A stretch of 64,000 bases of DNA. Source: Selaginella moellendorffii. Taxonomy: Eukaryota; Plantae; Lycopodiophyta. This document shows, piece after piece, positions 22,653 through 34,707 of this stretch. The notes below the pieces were generated by a model that was not told the DNA's origin, searched no databases, and was given only the letters and a program-made list of their open reading frames with translations. The translations under genes were made by a program, and so were the position numbers. Positions within the stretch are counted from its first letter, which is position 1. Every line of letters starts with the position of its first letter. Location: positions 214,148 to 278,147 of the forward strand of contig NW_003314401.1 in assembly GCF_000143415.4 (NCBI RefSeq), given 5' to 3'.

Positions 22653-24256
22653 GTATGGAGTGGTGGCTCGGCTGGGAGGTGGAATCGAACTCCTCGTCGT
22701 GGCCAGCGTAGAAGTCCCTGCTGCTCGCACATCAGCATCAGGAAATGTCCACGTCCAACTTGAATGCGAAATGGTGCGCACCCAAGCAGGGAAAGGCCTC
22801 CACATCCACATCCTCGAGCTCCGCTAGTGAGTGAAGCGAGCAGCAACAGCAGAAAAAGATTTTTTTATATCCATCCATCCGACTTTCACTTGGTCTCCAC
22901 ATATATATATATACCCTCTTAGTGTCATGCTGTTGGAAAGAACGGGATAGTTTTTTTTATGTAGGAAGCGATGCCTCGCACGGGCATCCAGCTGATTTAC
23001 AGAAAGTGACCTCAATTATAGTAAGAACGGCTTCGCTTTGCATTCCTTGATTGCATGACTTAAGAAAAACCACACCAAAGCAAAAGGCCGACTGGATTAC
23101 GAGCTAAGTACGTGATGCAACTTTAAGCAATGGATCCGACTAAGACTTTGGAACTTGGACGCATGGAGCATGGATAGATGGATGGCTGGATGGACCACAC
23201 GGAATCAAATCAAGTACGCATCAACCCCAGTGAGTGAGAGCGAGAGGTGCTCTCTCGCTGAGAATTATGTTTGCTTCAATTGGTGCTTGTGCTTGTGGTC
23301 GCTTTTGGGGTCTCTGTGATAGATAGATAGACAAAGAGAGAGAGAGAGGCAGGAGGTACACCCTCCTCCTATTCCTACATTGGGATCTTTCATAAGGTAG
23401 TTTGACTTTGGATGTTTGGTAGGGGCCAGTGTTGGCCTGTCTTGTTTTTGTGCTGCTTGCTTCCTTGAAGGTCCTTCCTTCCTGCTACTGCTCCTCCTCC
23501 TCCTCCTGCACCTGCACCTGTGTCTGCAGCTTTGCTTGCTGCAACTTCTGCACTCACTTCACTGCACAGTCCACTGACTGCAACCCGAGTTCCAGTTCCG
23601 TTCCTCTTGCTTGGAAATCCCACCCAGATTCGTGTCCGCCTTGAAGCAAGTGCCAGGGCCGCTTAGTTGGTGATCATATGTGTTTGTTGCTTTGTACAAT
23701 GTTTCACCTACTTGTTTCCAAGGATTTCTAAAGAGAAGCATATGCATCTCTCTTTTTCTCTTGCTGTTGATTGATTTTGACTGCGACTAGGACTGCTGAG
23801 AAAGTGGCTTGCCTTGGCCTTCCATCTAATTACCATCCTTGCATCAATGCTGTTGTTTTAATTTCTGGAGTTTGTCTATATGCTGATGCTTGGTATAGAT
23901 ATGGTCCCCTTCCCTCGCTCCTTGTTTGTTGCTTGCTCTAGTCAAGTGTATGGTGGAGCGCTAACTCGTAGGCCTAGGTCCTAGGTGCTGGAGCGGGAGA
24001 AAAGCTAGCTTCTCTTTCCCATGTTCCATCCATAGCCGTGGAGCTCCTCCTCTGATCAATCTCCGGTGGTCGTTCGTCAAGCCAGGCCAGAAATCTCGAA
24101 GCAGCCAGGAGAAAGGACAGCACAAAGCACAAGAGCAGCTACACATTCTTGTCGTGAGGGAGGCATATGCTCCCTAGATTAGAGAGCGGAGCGGAGGAAA
24201 AAGGGGGCCATTTTCCCCAGGCCGGGCATCTGTTATACTTGTAAGCACAAACAAGC

Positions 24257-25770
24257 ATGGGTTCCAGCTCGCAGAGTGGAGACGAGGCCGCTGCTGCCGA
24301 TTCGAGTAAGCAGCAGCAGCAGCAGATGGGAATGCCCACTTGGCTCAACTCGGCTCTGTCGAGGCAAACAAGCTCTCAACAGCAGGCACAAGATCAGCAG
24401 CAGCAAGCCTGGCCGAATCCCTCGTCTTCGTCCTATACCAACTGGCTCTCTGCGGCTGGTGCTACTAGCACGGGTGTTAGGCGCCTCGAGCAGCAACAAG
24501 CTTCCGCTACCACCAACACAAGTCCGGCCACTGCTACTACCACCACCACCACCGAGTTGCTGGTGGAGCAAGACAGGAAAGCAGCAGTGGCGGCGGCGGC
24601 GATGCTCATGGGGGCGGTGGAAGCGGATGTGACCAGCCACGGCTCCGTTCCAGGTGACCCCGACTTGGACGAGTGTGCTGCTGCGCGCTACCAGATGAAT
24701 GCCGGGCTCAAAGCTGATATTGTCACGCATCCCTTGTACGAGCAGCTGCTCGAAGCTCACGTTGCCTGCCTCAGGATTGCCACTCCAGTCGACCAACTGT
24801 CGAGGATTGACGGGCAAATCTCCCAGTGCCACCACGCCATTGCAAAGTACTCCATTCTGGCCAACCACCAGCTATTGTGCGGGAGCAGCAAGGAAGAACT
24901 CGACCACTTCATGGTATTTCATCGTATTGATTGTTGGTGGTGCTTATTGTATGTTGTATCCAGGCTCACTACGTGATGTTGCTCAAGTCGTTCAAGGACC
25001 AGCTCCAGCACCACGTTCGCGTCCATGCCAAGGAAGCGGTGATGGCGTGCTGGGAGCTGGAGCAGTCGCTCATCAGCCTAACTGGTAATTCTCCACAGTT
25101 TGTGCCATGAAATTCATGAACCAATGTTCATAGGTGTAGTGCCAACCGCGTGTTGAAAAGCAGGAGCTGCGCCGGGGGAGGGTACGGGCGCAACCATGTC
25201 CGACGACGAGGACGAGCAGCAGCAGCCCCAGCAGGAGCAGCAGCAGCAGCAGCAGTCGGACAGCGATTACTGGCAGGACAATCTGGGATTCGGACCCCTC
25301 ATCCCCACGGAGACGGAGAGAACACTCATGGAGCGCGTGAGACAGGAGCTCAAGCACGAGCTCAAGCAGGTTCTTCTTTCTCTCGGATTCATCCTTTCCG
25401 ATCGAGTGACCCGACTTAAGCTTCTTGCAGGGGTATAGAGCGAGGATTGTGGACGTACGGGAGGAGATCCTCCGCAAGAGACGAGCCGGGAAGCTGCCAG
25501 GCGACACCACCTCGGTTCTCAAGGCGTGGTGGCATGCTCACTCCAAATGGCCGTATCCAACCGTGAGTTGACGCATTCTCAGCATTGCTGGATCATCGAT
25601 CTCACTAGGTAGAGATGTGGCAGGAGGACGAGAAGGCGCGGCTGGTCCAAGAGACCGGGCTGGAGCTCAAGCAAATCAACAACTGGTTCATCAACCAGCG
25701 CAAGCGCAACTGGCACCACCACCCATCGTCGTCCACAAACTCGTCCACCAAAGCCAAGTGCAAGAGGTGA
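24257..25770 (+). CDS. Class II KNOX homeodomain transcription factor (KNAT3/KNAT7-like), 5 exons
   Basis: Exons 24257-24913, 24964-25084, 25164-25369, 25431-25562, 25624-25770. KNOX1 [27 protein letters not shown] domain [10 protein letters not shown], homeodomain WPYPTE...[15 protein letters not shown]. Confidence 0.95.
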
Positions 25771-25985
25771 TGATACATCTATCGGCCAAATGTTGCACTG
25801 TCCCTTTTGTCCAAGCCCCAGAAGTGTTGTGCTTCTTTGAAAAGCATGAAAACAATCTCCAATATCATCGCGCATAGCATGCATGTACGCACGTAAATAT
25901 GTTACGTTGATCCGGCCATAAGATCTTGTGAGCGGGAGGGGGGGCGAGAGGGATCGATCGCTCATCGATGGACAATCGTAGCGTA

Positions 25986-26702
25986 TCATCGATCTTGGTG
26001 CTGCTGCTGCTGCTGCAAGGCCAGATGCTCGCACACTTTGGCCAGGGACTGGAGGTTGCAGCGCACAACGGTGTCGGTGAAGGTGAGCGTCTCCTCCTTG
26101 CTGTTGCCGGCGGGCACGTCCACCACGTAGGACTCGAGCACAATGGTGGCGTCGCGGCCGCCGGCGGTGGTGGCGTGGAGGGAGGTGACGGAGGTGTAGT
26201 TCTTGAGGCGGTGCTCGCCGCCCACCACCCGGAAGCTGAGGACGTGCTGCTGGTCGTCCAGGATCTCCAGCCTCTCGGTGCTGCAGCTGGCGGGCAGGCC
26301 CGAGACGAGCGTCACGTCGCGGGTGCTGCCCACGCTCACGCCGTCGCCCTCCCTCAGCACGCAGCCCCGGATGAAGCACTTGTATGCCTGGGGGCTGTCG
26401 AAGCGCCGCACGACCGACCACACCACCGCCACCGGCGCCTGGATCCACTGCGGTACCACGTTGCTGCACTGGGTGTGGCCGCGCAGCGCGTGGCAGTGGT
26501 AGCGCGACGCCGCCGCCACTAGCCGGGCGGCCTCGTCTTGATCGGGCACCAGCGCGCCCAGGCTCACGAGAATGTGGTCACTGCTGCTGCTGCTGCTGCT
26601 GCTGCTGCCACTGCTGCTCTCCTTGCCGCCGCCCACACCACCGACGCCGCCGCATTCTTGGAGCAGCAAATCTTCCTCCTCTTCTTCTCCCTCCCCCATC
26701 AT
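25986..26702 (-). CDS. PYL: PYR/PYL/RCAR abscisic acid receptor, intronless
   Basis: Gate SGLPA, latch HRL, plus VWSVVRRFD-PQ-YK-FI and ESYVVDVP-GN motifs. Confidence 0.95.
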   Translation of the reverse strand: MMGEGEEEEEDLLLQECGGVGGVGGGKESSSGSSSSSSSSSDHILVSLGALVPDQDEAARLVAAASRYHCHALRGHTQCSNVVPQWIQAPVAVVWSVVRRFDSPQAYKCFIRGCVLREGDGVSVGSTRDVTLVSGLPASCSTERLEILDDQQHVLSFRVVGGEHRLKNYTSVTSLHATTAGGRDATIVLESYVVDVPAGNSKEETLTFTDTVVRCNLQSLAKVCEHLALQQQQQHQDR

Positions 26703-27305
26703 GGATTGATCGATTTTGGGCACAGAGAGAGTGAGTGACGGGACAGGATGCTTACCGCCGCGCCCTAACGAAGAATGCCCGCCATTTGCGTTGCTTCGTT
26801 GCCCTCTTTTCTCCTCCTCCCGGGAGAGCTCTCTAGCCTACTTTAGGTCTAAAATTAAAAAAACAATGACACGACCAAAAGGGGGAAAAGGAAGACAAAG
26901 GCCAATGTTAGTTAGCTCCCTCCACGTGGCGAGGTCTAACTCGTTGGACGCCGTCCGACGTGGCAACTGGACGCGACCCTATGGGGACAAGAAAATGCGA
27001 AGATGCGATGCGATGAATGCGATTGCGAGAAGATGCTGGCGTCTTGGGCGACGGCGGTGAGCCGGCTGCTGGGCGAGTGTACCGTGAGAGGATTCAGGCG
27101 GGCAGCGGCGAGGCCGCGGGCGCGCCGGCGAGCTCTTGTGGTGAGGCGATTGAATTCCCCTGCAAGCGCTCCTAGGCCTGCCGATCGAGGGATGAGGAGG
27201 ATCTCTTCTCCCGCCTCTTCGCTCCTGCGCCGCCGACGAAGGGTATAGATCTCCTCGATCGAGAACTTCTCAAAAGTGCTTGAACTTTTCCAGAGAGACC
27301 GGCGA

Positions 27306-27471
27306 AGAAGACGAAGACGAAGAAGAAGAGGCAGCGCATGAGAGAGTGGTCAACGGACAAAGTCAGCGAGTCAGTCAAATCCAGTCAAAGAAGACGAAGA
27401 CGAAGAAGAAGAGGCAGCGCATGAGAGAGTGGTCAACGGACAAAGTCAGCGAGTCAGTCAAATCCAGTCAA
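27306..27471. repeat. Perfect 83-bp tandem duplication just past the YSL stop
   Basis: 27306-27388 is identical to 27389-27471. Confidence 0.9.
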
Positions 27472-27479
27472 TCTCCTTT

Positions 27480-29767
27480 TTAAGTCGCAGTTGGAAGGAA
27501 GGTCATACACATGGGAGGCTTGATTTTGAGCAGCGCCACCACGGCCGAGGGGATCGTCCACAATCCATCGCCGCAGATGAGGCCCGACGCCACTGCCGCT
27601 CCATACGCGCTCGCTTCGTCCTTGCCGCGGAGCCTCTCCCACAGGATCATCACCAGGCTGCCCACTACCATGTCCACCGCGAAGTAGGCGCCGATGTAGA
27701 AGGGGATCGCCATCGCCACCGGGATTGGCAGCCACCGCCAGGAGAAGCAGTCCCTGCCGGCATTGAGGAGCAGCGCCAGCGCGAAGAAGGCGATGCAAAA
27801 CTCGAGGCAGTGGGCCGGAAGAGCTGCCAGGCCTTGCACACCCAGGATGGCGATCTGGCGGTAGGCGATGGCGGTGGGGACCTTGTACTCCCCGTCGGGC
27901 AGGCCGACGTCCGGGAACGCCTTCCAAAACATCCAGAAGGTGAGCGGAGCTACAAAGCATCCCAGCAGCGTCCCCAGGAGCTGGCTCACGAACATGGAGC
28001 GCGGCGACGATTGTGTGAGGTAGCCGGTCTTCAAGTCTTGCATGAGATCGGCAGCGGTGGAGGCGATGGACATGACGAGGCCGCAAGCTCCAAGGCCAGC
28101 CATGACGCCGCCACCCGACGATCCCACCCACGCCCCGAACACGAACAGCCCCATCTTGCCATACGATGACGCCAGGTTCCAGTCCGTCAACCCGGTGCCG
28201 TAAGCGTTGCAGAAGCCAAACACCGGGGCGACGAGGTAGCAGACGAGGACGTGGTACCAGCGTAGTGCCGGGATGATCGTGGGTATGTGCAGCACCGAGA
28301 GCAGCGACAGGAGCACGTATCCGGTAGCGGCTATCCACATTGGCACGCCCTCCATGGTGAACGTCTCGGTTAGCTTGTCTCGATCCAGATCCAACAGCGG
28401 GACTCCTGCCAGCCCGATGGACGAGCTCCACAGTCAGTTTTTCAAACCAAGATGATCTTGCGTACCAGTTGCGTCGTCCCCTCCTGCCTTGTGGATCATG
28501 GCCGCCCTCAGGCTGATGACGGCGATCTTGAGAAGATTGTAGAGGCCATCGCCGAGGATGAGAGCAATGGCGATAAACACCTAAGCAAGCAAGCAAGCTC
28601 AGACTTGTCCTTTGTAAAACACACACATACCTTGTATCCATAGAGCCCCTTGAAGTTCGTAGGTTCCAGGCCCGCGGGATACCAGTCCCCAGCTCGGGCA
28701 CCGATGAGAGGCCACAGGATTGCCCAAGACAGGATGGCTCCCGCTAGTGCCGAAAAGTTGACGATGCTCGGGCACAGCATGCCGGTGCCCACAAATGTAG
28801 CACTGAAGTCGAAATAGAACCTGCCTCGATATCCACAGTCAAGTGAGAGGAGATCTCTCAAGCTTTCCATGAACTCGTCACGTACGTGTTTGCATAGGCT
28901 TTGAGCCCCAGCGTCCGGAAATGCTCGAAACCGCAGTTGCTTCCAGTGCCACCGCTAACGAGCCACTTGAGAAAGCTCCATGCAAAGCTCCCGGCAAAGG
29001 ACTTACCGAGGCAGGCCACTTGTTTCCTACGAACACCACGACGATCAAACGGAGTATCGGAATCCAATCCCGGTTACCTGGCTTCGTGAGCACCCGCGTT
29101 GCTGTGGAAACTGCTGATGAGCATTGCGGTGGCTGTGCCGCTTGGATACGTGAGCTTGTAATCGATCAGCATCACCTAGAGAGCAGTAACTTGAATGACT
29201 AATCATCCTCCGAAGTCTAAAAGAGCAGCACTACCTTTCGAAGGGGCACGAGAGCAAAGATTCCAACAAAGCTGCACGTAAGCACGAACGAAGTCATCCA
29301 GCCGAGCTCCGGATCCTTGACATCCTGTGCACTGTTTCCAGGAGAGTCAGGCCCAATGACCTGGAACGTCCGGCTGCTCATCCCAAACAGATAGGTGCCG
29401 AATCCACCTGGACGGTATCACCAGCAAACCAAGATTTGCGACAGAGGGATCCCGGCCCGGAGAGCTTACCACTGACTGCAATCCCATAGCACGCAACCAC
29501 GCACGTCTGGATGACCGTGTTCTCCTGTTGGGTGAAGGGCGTGGTCACGAGGCCCAGCTTGGTCACGAGAGCCATCCACGACTTCACCAGGAGGAAACCC
29601 AAGAGCCCCGCAGCCACATTGAGCGAGGGAATGACGCCGATAGAGAGGCTGAGCTTGTGGGTGATGATGGAGAACACAACCCCGAGTAGCACGCTCACGG
29701 CAAGACCGCGCACAGTGATCTGTTGTGTCCATGGCGGAACCTCCTCCTCCGGAATCAGATCATCCAT
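27480..29767 (-). CDS. YSL: Yellow stripe-like (OPT family) metal-nicotianamine transporter, multi-exon
   Basis: [70 protein letters not shown] and [11 protein letters not shown]. Confidence 0.93.
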
Positions 29768-29840
29768 CTTTTATTTACCTCGCGTTCACTGTGTGTGTGG
29801 ATGCCATAACTTAGCCTACCTAGAAGTTGTAAGAGGAAGG

Positions 29841-30487
29841 ATGTCTAGCGAGAAGAAGATCAAGAGGGCGCTGGTGGAGCAGCTGCTGGAAGCAAAGTCC
29901 CGGTCGGGCAAGACGCTCACGATGATCGCAGCCGAGACTGGGCTCACGAATGCGTATGTGGGGCAGCTCTTCCACCGCCAGGCTCAGCTTCACCCGGAAC
30001 AAGTGAGTCCCCTCCGGAATGCCGTGCCAGGGCTCTCGGATGAGCTCCTCGAGAAGATGCGAGCCCCCCCACTTCGCTCCTACGAACCGACCCTCATCCA
30101 GGATCCCACTGTTTATCGGTCAGTAGTATCTCGGACTTGGATTGCTTCTTTTTTGTGAATCCTGTGGTTCTCAGGCTGAACGAAGCTGTGATGCACTACG
30201 CCCAGAGCATCAAGGCCATCATCAACGAGGAATTTGGCGATGGCATGTATGTCATTGCCACCCTCTCGAGTCTTCTTTCAAGCTGTGGCTTTTGGGTGGC
30301 AGAATGTCCGCAGTTGGTTTCTTCTGCGAGGTGAACAAAATCCGAGGCAAAGAGGGTGAAGACCGGGTGCAAATCACGCTCAATGGGAAGTTCCTGCCTC
30401 ATATCGTTCAGGTAAGCTTGCCAAACACGCGTGCCAACCACTAGCTTTGCTTCTTCACAGTTGCAGGAAGACAACGTAAGCTCCTGA
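29841..30487 (+). CDS. CYN: Cyanate hydratase (cyanase), 4 exons
   Basis: [22 protein letters not shown]|[15 protein letters not shown]|MSA and [13 protein letters not shown], joined by GT-AG introns. Confidence 0.93.
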
Positions 30488-30602
30488 GCTATGGCGTTAA
30501 ACGGGGAAGGATAGATTGTTACGTAAGAGTGTTCTGCAAACAAAAGAAATAAAAGCGCTTGCGTTTGACAGATCTCACGAACCAAAACTTCGAGCAAGGA
30601 TT

Positions 30603-32336
30603 TCAAGCTCTCACAGGCAAATTCTCAGCGATGTTGCGAGCTAGTACGTAAGTTCGGGTTGCCAGAGGCTTTGTCCGTTCGATGGCTTGCTCGTACCTGC
30701 AGTATCAAGCTTGTTACAGCAGCGGGGGAGAATGCAAACACGATTTTCCACTTACACGTCCGTGTGCTGCACGCCCATGACAACCGTTCCATTCTTCGAA
30801 TCGATCTTGGCATCGAGCCTGGAAAAATTGATGAGGTTGGCGATCCAGCGCTCGGCATCGTCGTAATTCATGTGAAGCTTGTCAGACAGCATCCTGAGGA
30901 TCCCACAAAAAGAAAACAAACATTAGTTACAAGCCATCACTTCCAGGAACACTTTTACCCAATGTCAATCCTTTGATGGATTTTGCAGTATGTCTCGAAC
31001 ATTGCCAGGCGTGCGTTCTCCAAAAACTCGTCCCTGAACTTGTACACAATGTAGCCGTTGTCCGTTTCCGGACGCCCAAGGAAGAAGTCATTCAGGATGA
31101 GCTGCAAAGCAAACAAAAACGGATGAAGAGAGCGGTGGGAAGCAAAGCGGCACTCACATCTTCACACTCTTGGAGCTTCCGTTGAGCTCCTTCAAAGTCG
31201 TAGTTGACGTAGAGGCACTCGAGGAACTCGGTGATGGGATCCCTGTAAGTGTGATGCTCCTGCTGGATCACCTTGATGAAGTCCTTTATGTTCCCGCGAT
31301 GCTTCCTCTTGCAGACCACAAAGGCAGCAGCGAGGTACCTCAGCAGATGGTGTGCATGCGTTTGTATCACATGAAGGTATCTGGTGACACAGAATGAGTG
31401 AGGTACTCTGAGAAGCCAAAACACAAACTTTCTTTTCCCTACACTCACCTATCATTCATAAACAAGTCGATGAGACTATGCCTCCCACTTTCGAGGTTGA
31501 AGTACACAAAGAGGCTCCAATGCATGAGCCACACTCGATTTTGCACTTGGACAAGCGGCGATGAAAAATTCTGCAAAGAGGACAAGAAACAAAAACATTT
31601 CTTTGTAAGTAGGAAAGAAAACGTAAAACTACCTTAGAATCCATGGCTTCCTTGAGCTTTCCAAGCTCGTATTCTGCACCGCTCCAGTTTTGCATCAGTA
31701 TCTCGGCTGCAAACTTGCCCCACATTGCACTGTAAGCCTTTTCGCTGTTGATGGTCAAGGTCCGATACTGGTAGAGAAAATCCGCGGCTCCCGAGTAGTT
31801 GCCACACTCAAACTGGAACTTTGCGTATTGGTAGAGCGCATCGATGTGCTCGGGACCAATCTGCGAAGAAGAAGAATGGTGGTGCTCAGCCTAAACTCAC
31901 AAGAAACCAAAGAAACAAAGTACCTGGTACCGGTCGTGAAGCATCTGGAGATTGGCTTGCCTCTCGGGCTTGAGCTCCGCGGTCATTTGCGGGTTTTGCA
32001 GGAAGGCGATCAAGGGAGCCGCCAGATCCTCGAGGGCCTTGAGGCGATTCACAACCTCGGCACGCCTGTCCATCATCTCTGCGAGAAGAGCGAACGGGAA
32101 ATGGGCATTGGAGCGCGAAATGGAGGCCGCCTACCTTTGGGGACCTCGTCGTAGAGGCTGCGGTGGATGTCCATCATGTAGTCGACCATGTTGGTCTTGG
32201 CCAGCAGCTCGATCTTGGCCTTGAGAATCTGGTCATTGGGATAGATCCCCTTGTCCTGGAGGAACTCGAGCAGCGGGAACACCAGATGCCTGTCCAGGAA
32301 GGGCGCAATCTTGAGCGTCTGGTCGAACTGCGCCAT
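30603..32336 (-). CDS. EIF3E: Translation initiation factor 3 subunit E, multi-exon
   Basis: [48 protein letters not shown] and [22 protein letters not shown]. Confidence 0.95.
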
Positions 32337-32351
32337 AGCCGTCGTGACCTA

Positions 32352-32366
32352 AAACCCTAACCCTAG
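32352..32366. promoter_or_regulatory. Telo-box (AAACCCTAA) in the 34-bp gap between the eIF3e and PPR start codons
   Basis: AAACCCTAACCCTAG. Telo-boxes are typical of plant translation-machinery genes. Confidence 0.7.
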
Positions 32367-32370
32367 AAAA

Positions 32371-33862
32371 ATGGAATGCCGCTGGCACTGCTTTGCCGCG
32401 CTGGGCTATGGTGGAGGCGATCACGCCAGGACGAGCGGCAGCGGGCAGCTCGCCAGGATGAGATTTGTGAGGGGGAGGAGGGCCGATCGATCTCTCTCCA
32501 GCCACCAGCAGCAACAGCAGCAGCAGCAGCAGCGGCAACCGGCCGTGATGAGCATTCTCCACGAGCTCCAAGACAAGAAGAGCAGCAAGAGCCACGTCCT
32601 GGACAAGTACGCGAGGCATATTCCCGTGGATGGATTCATGGCGCTGGTGGACGAGATTGGCAGGCTCAACGACTGGGCGCTGGCGCTCGCGGTTAGTTCA
32701 TCGTGCTCGATCAAGCGAGGTTTTGATGTGTTTGTCATCGCCACAGCTCTTCAAGTGGCTGCAAAAGAATGAGGCGCGGCTGAGCAACCGGGACCTTGAG
32801 GTGGCGCACGCCAAGATCATCGACACCATGGGCAAGCAGGGGCAGCTGCGGCTGGCGTCGTGGATCTTCTCGCAGCTCCAGCTCTCGTCCAGGACCACGC
32901 CGGTGTTCAATGCCATCATCATGGCTCACCTGAGGTGCAAGAACGTTGCGCGAGCGCTGGACAGCGCGCTGGATCACTTCGGCCACATGAAGACGAGCGT
33001 CCACTCGTGCCCGAGCCTCGCCACGTACAACATGCTCACCCGGGCGTGTGCGCAGGCCGGGCTCACGGACAAGGCCGAGGCGCTCTTCCTGGAGCTCCTG
33101 CGCCGAGACGATCTCAAGCCCGACGCCTACACTTTCAACGGAATCATGGACGCCTACGCCAAGAAGGGGCTGTACCGCGACATGGAGTACAAGCTCAAGG
33201 AGATGAGCGAGCATGGCGTGAGACCGGACCTTGTCACCTTCAACGTCCTCATCGATGCTTACGGCCGGGCGGGAGACTTTGTCAAGATGGAGCGGACTTA
33301 CAAGTCGCTCGTCAACTTGTCCGGGTGCAAGCCCTCGGCCACCACTTTCAACTCGATGCTGGCGAGCTACGGGCAGTCGCGGGAGCTGGGAAAGATGGAG
33401 CAAGTGCTGGTGAGGATGGACATGGCGGGCCTCGGCCCCGACCTGACCACCTTCAACACGCTCATGAGCTCCTATGGCCGGGCTGGGGAGCTGGACACGA
33501 TGCGAAAGTGCTTCGACAAGATGGTGCGGTCGCCCGTCAAGCCGCAGGTGTCCACCTTGGACGTGCTGCTGCGGGCCTACGCTGAACACGGCCTGGTGGA
33601 CGAGGCCGAGGCGCTGTTCATCAACGCGTCCAAGCTCGACATCAAGCCCGCCGTGTCCTCGTACCTCATACTGTTCAAGGCCTATGGGGAGGAGCGGCAG
33701 CTGGACAAGATGACAGTGCTTATGTCCAAGATGGAGCAAAGCGGAGTGGAGTCGGGTCAAGAGTTTTTGCTGCAAGCACTAGAATCTTATGCGGCCACGC
33801 CTCATCCCACTACTGCTCCTCCGGTGATCGAAGATAAAGATGATAATCAATCAAGCCTCTAA
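32371..33862 (+). CDS. PPR5: P-class plastid PPR protein, PPR5/EMB2453-like; one intron ~32692-32745
   Basis: 35-aa repeats. LDKY, KIIDTMGKQGQLRLASWIFS, FNAIIMAHL, PDAYTFNGIMDAY and KMERTYKSL parallel Arabidopsis PPR5 as recalled. Confidence 0.8.
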
Positions 33863-34273
33863 GTGTATCATATGTTCCAACGTCACATTCCATAAAATCC
33901 CGGTGATCATGTCCATATTTCCCACGCCACTCGTGACTCACACACACTCTCACACTGGCACACGCATACATACATGGAGTTGAAAAGTCTATAGAGCTTA
34001 TAGTTTAGCAATGGTTCTCCCGAGAGTTGTATCTTAGATGCGGTATATCAAAGTCGAAACTCCCAAGAACAGGAGACTTTTTTAATATGTTTGCTGCACT
34101 GCCCTGTCCCTATAATGCTCGCCCCGCTCTGTACAATGCGGAGATGTAAACTGGAGAACACATATAACACTTTGAAGAGGATGATAATTGCGCGTGGCCC
34201 TCACACTCTATAGTACATATCTTGGGCACTCTTGAGCTCGAATTCGGGTAGAGAAAAAAAAGAGAGGCCTGGA

Positions 34274-34707
34274 TCAAGGATCCACATCGTAGATGTAATC
34301 TATATGATCAGCAGGCACCGGAGCTTTGTCAGCCAGCTCTCGAGCAACACGATCGGAAGCTGTTTTGGATTCCTCGCACTTGACTTGCGCCTTCAGCTGC
34401 TGCGTTTTGTCATGAAAACCAACATGTGTTTGACATGAGATCAAATTCAAAGCAGGCCTCGAATCAGATTGTGTATGTATATTACCACACTCGCAGCATC
34501 CAAGTCCTCCTTCTCAGCTAGGATCTCTGCTGCTTCCACTGCATCCTTCTTGTTTTCTAGTACTGCACAACACAACGCAAGACGAATCCGTGAGTCAGGA
34601 CTCGTTTCTGCCGCAGTATTACTGCATTCACCTGGTGGAAGAGGCCGGGCGAGAACGTCGACAACTAGCAGCAAGGAAAGAAACAAGAGGCTGCAGCGAA
34701 TACCCAT
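34274..34707 (-). CDS. Secreted phytosulfokine-like peptide precursor, 92 aa, 3 exons
   Basis: Exons 34707-34632, 34562-34486 and 34399-34274 with phase-consistent GT-AG introns. Signal peptide ends VLA-RPLPP, middle is acidic, C-terminus is ADHIDYIYDVDP*. TATAAAA at ~34863-34870. Confidence 0.8.

Noticed and set aside
23390-24146. Short Cys-rich ORFs upstream of KNOX
   Set aside because: Low-complexity CT/TG-rich leader or intron sequence with non-ATG starts and no support.
25579-28701. Long alternative-frame and antisense ORFs over PYL and YSL (also over the PPR genes)
   Set aside because: Expected shadows of GC3-rich coding sequence with no recognisable domains.
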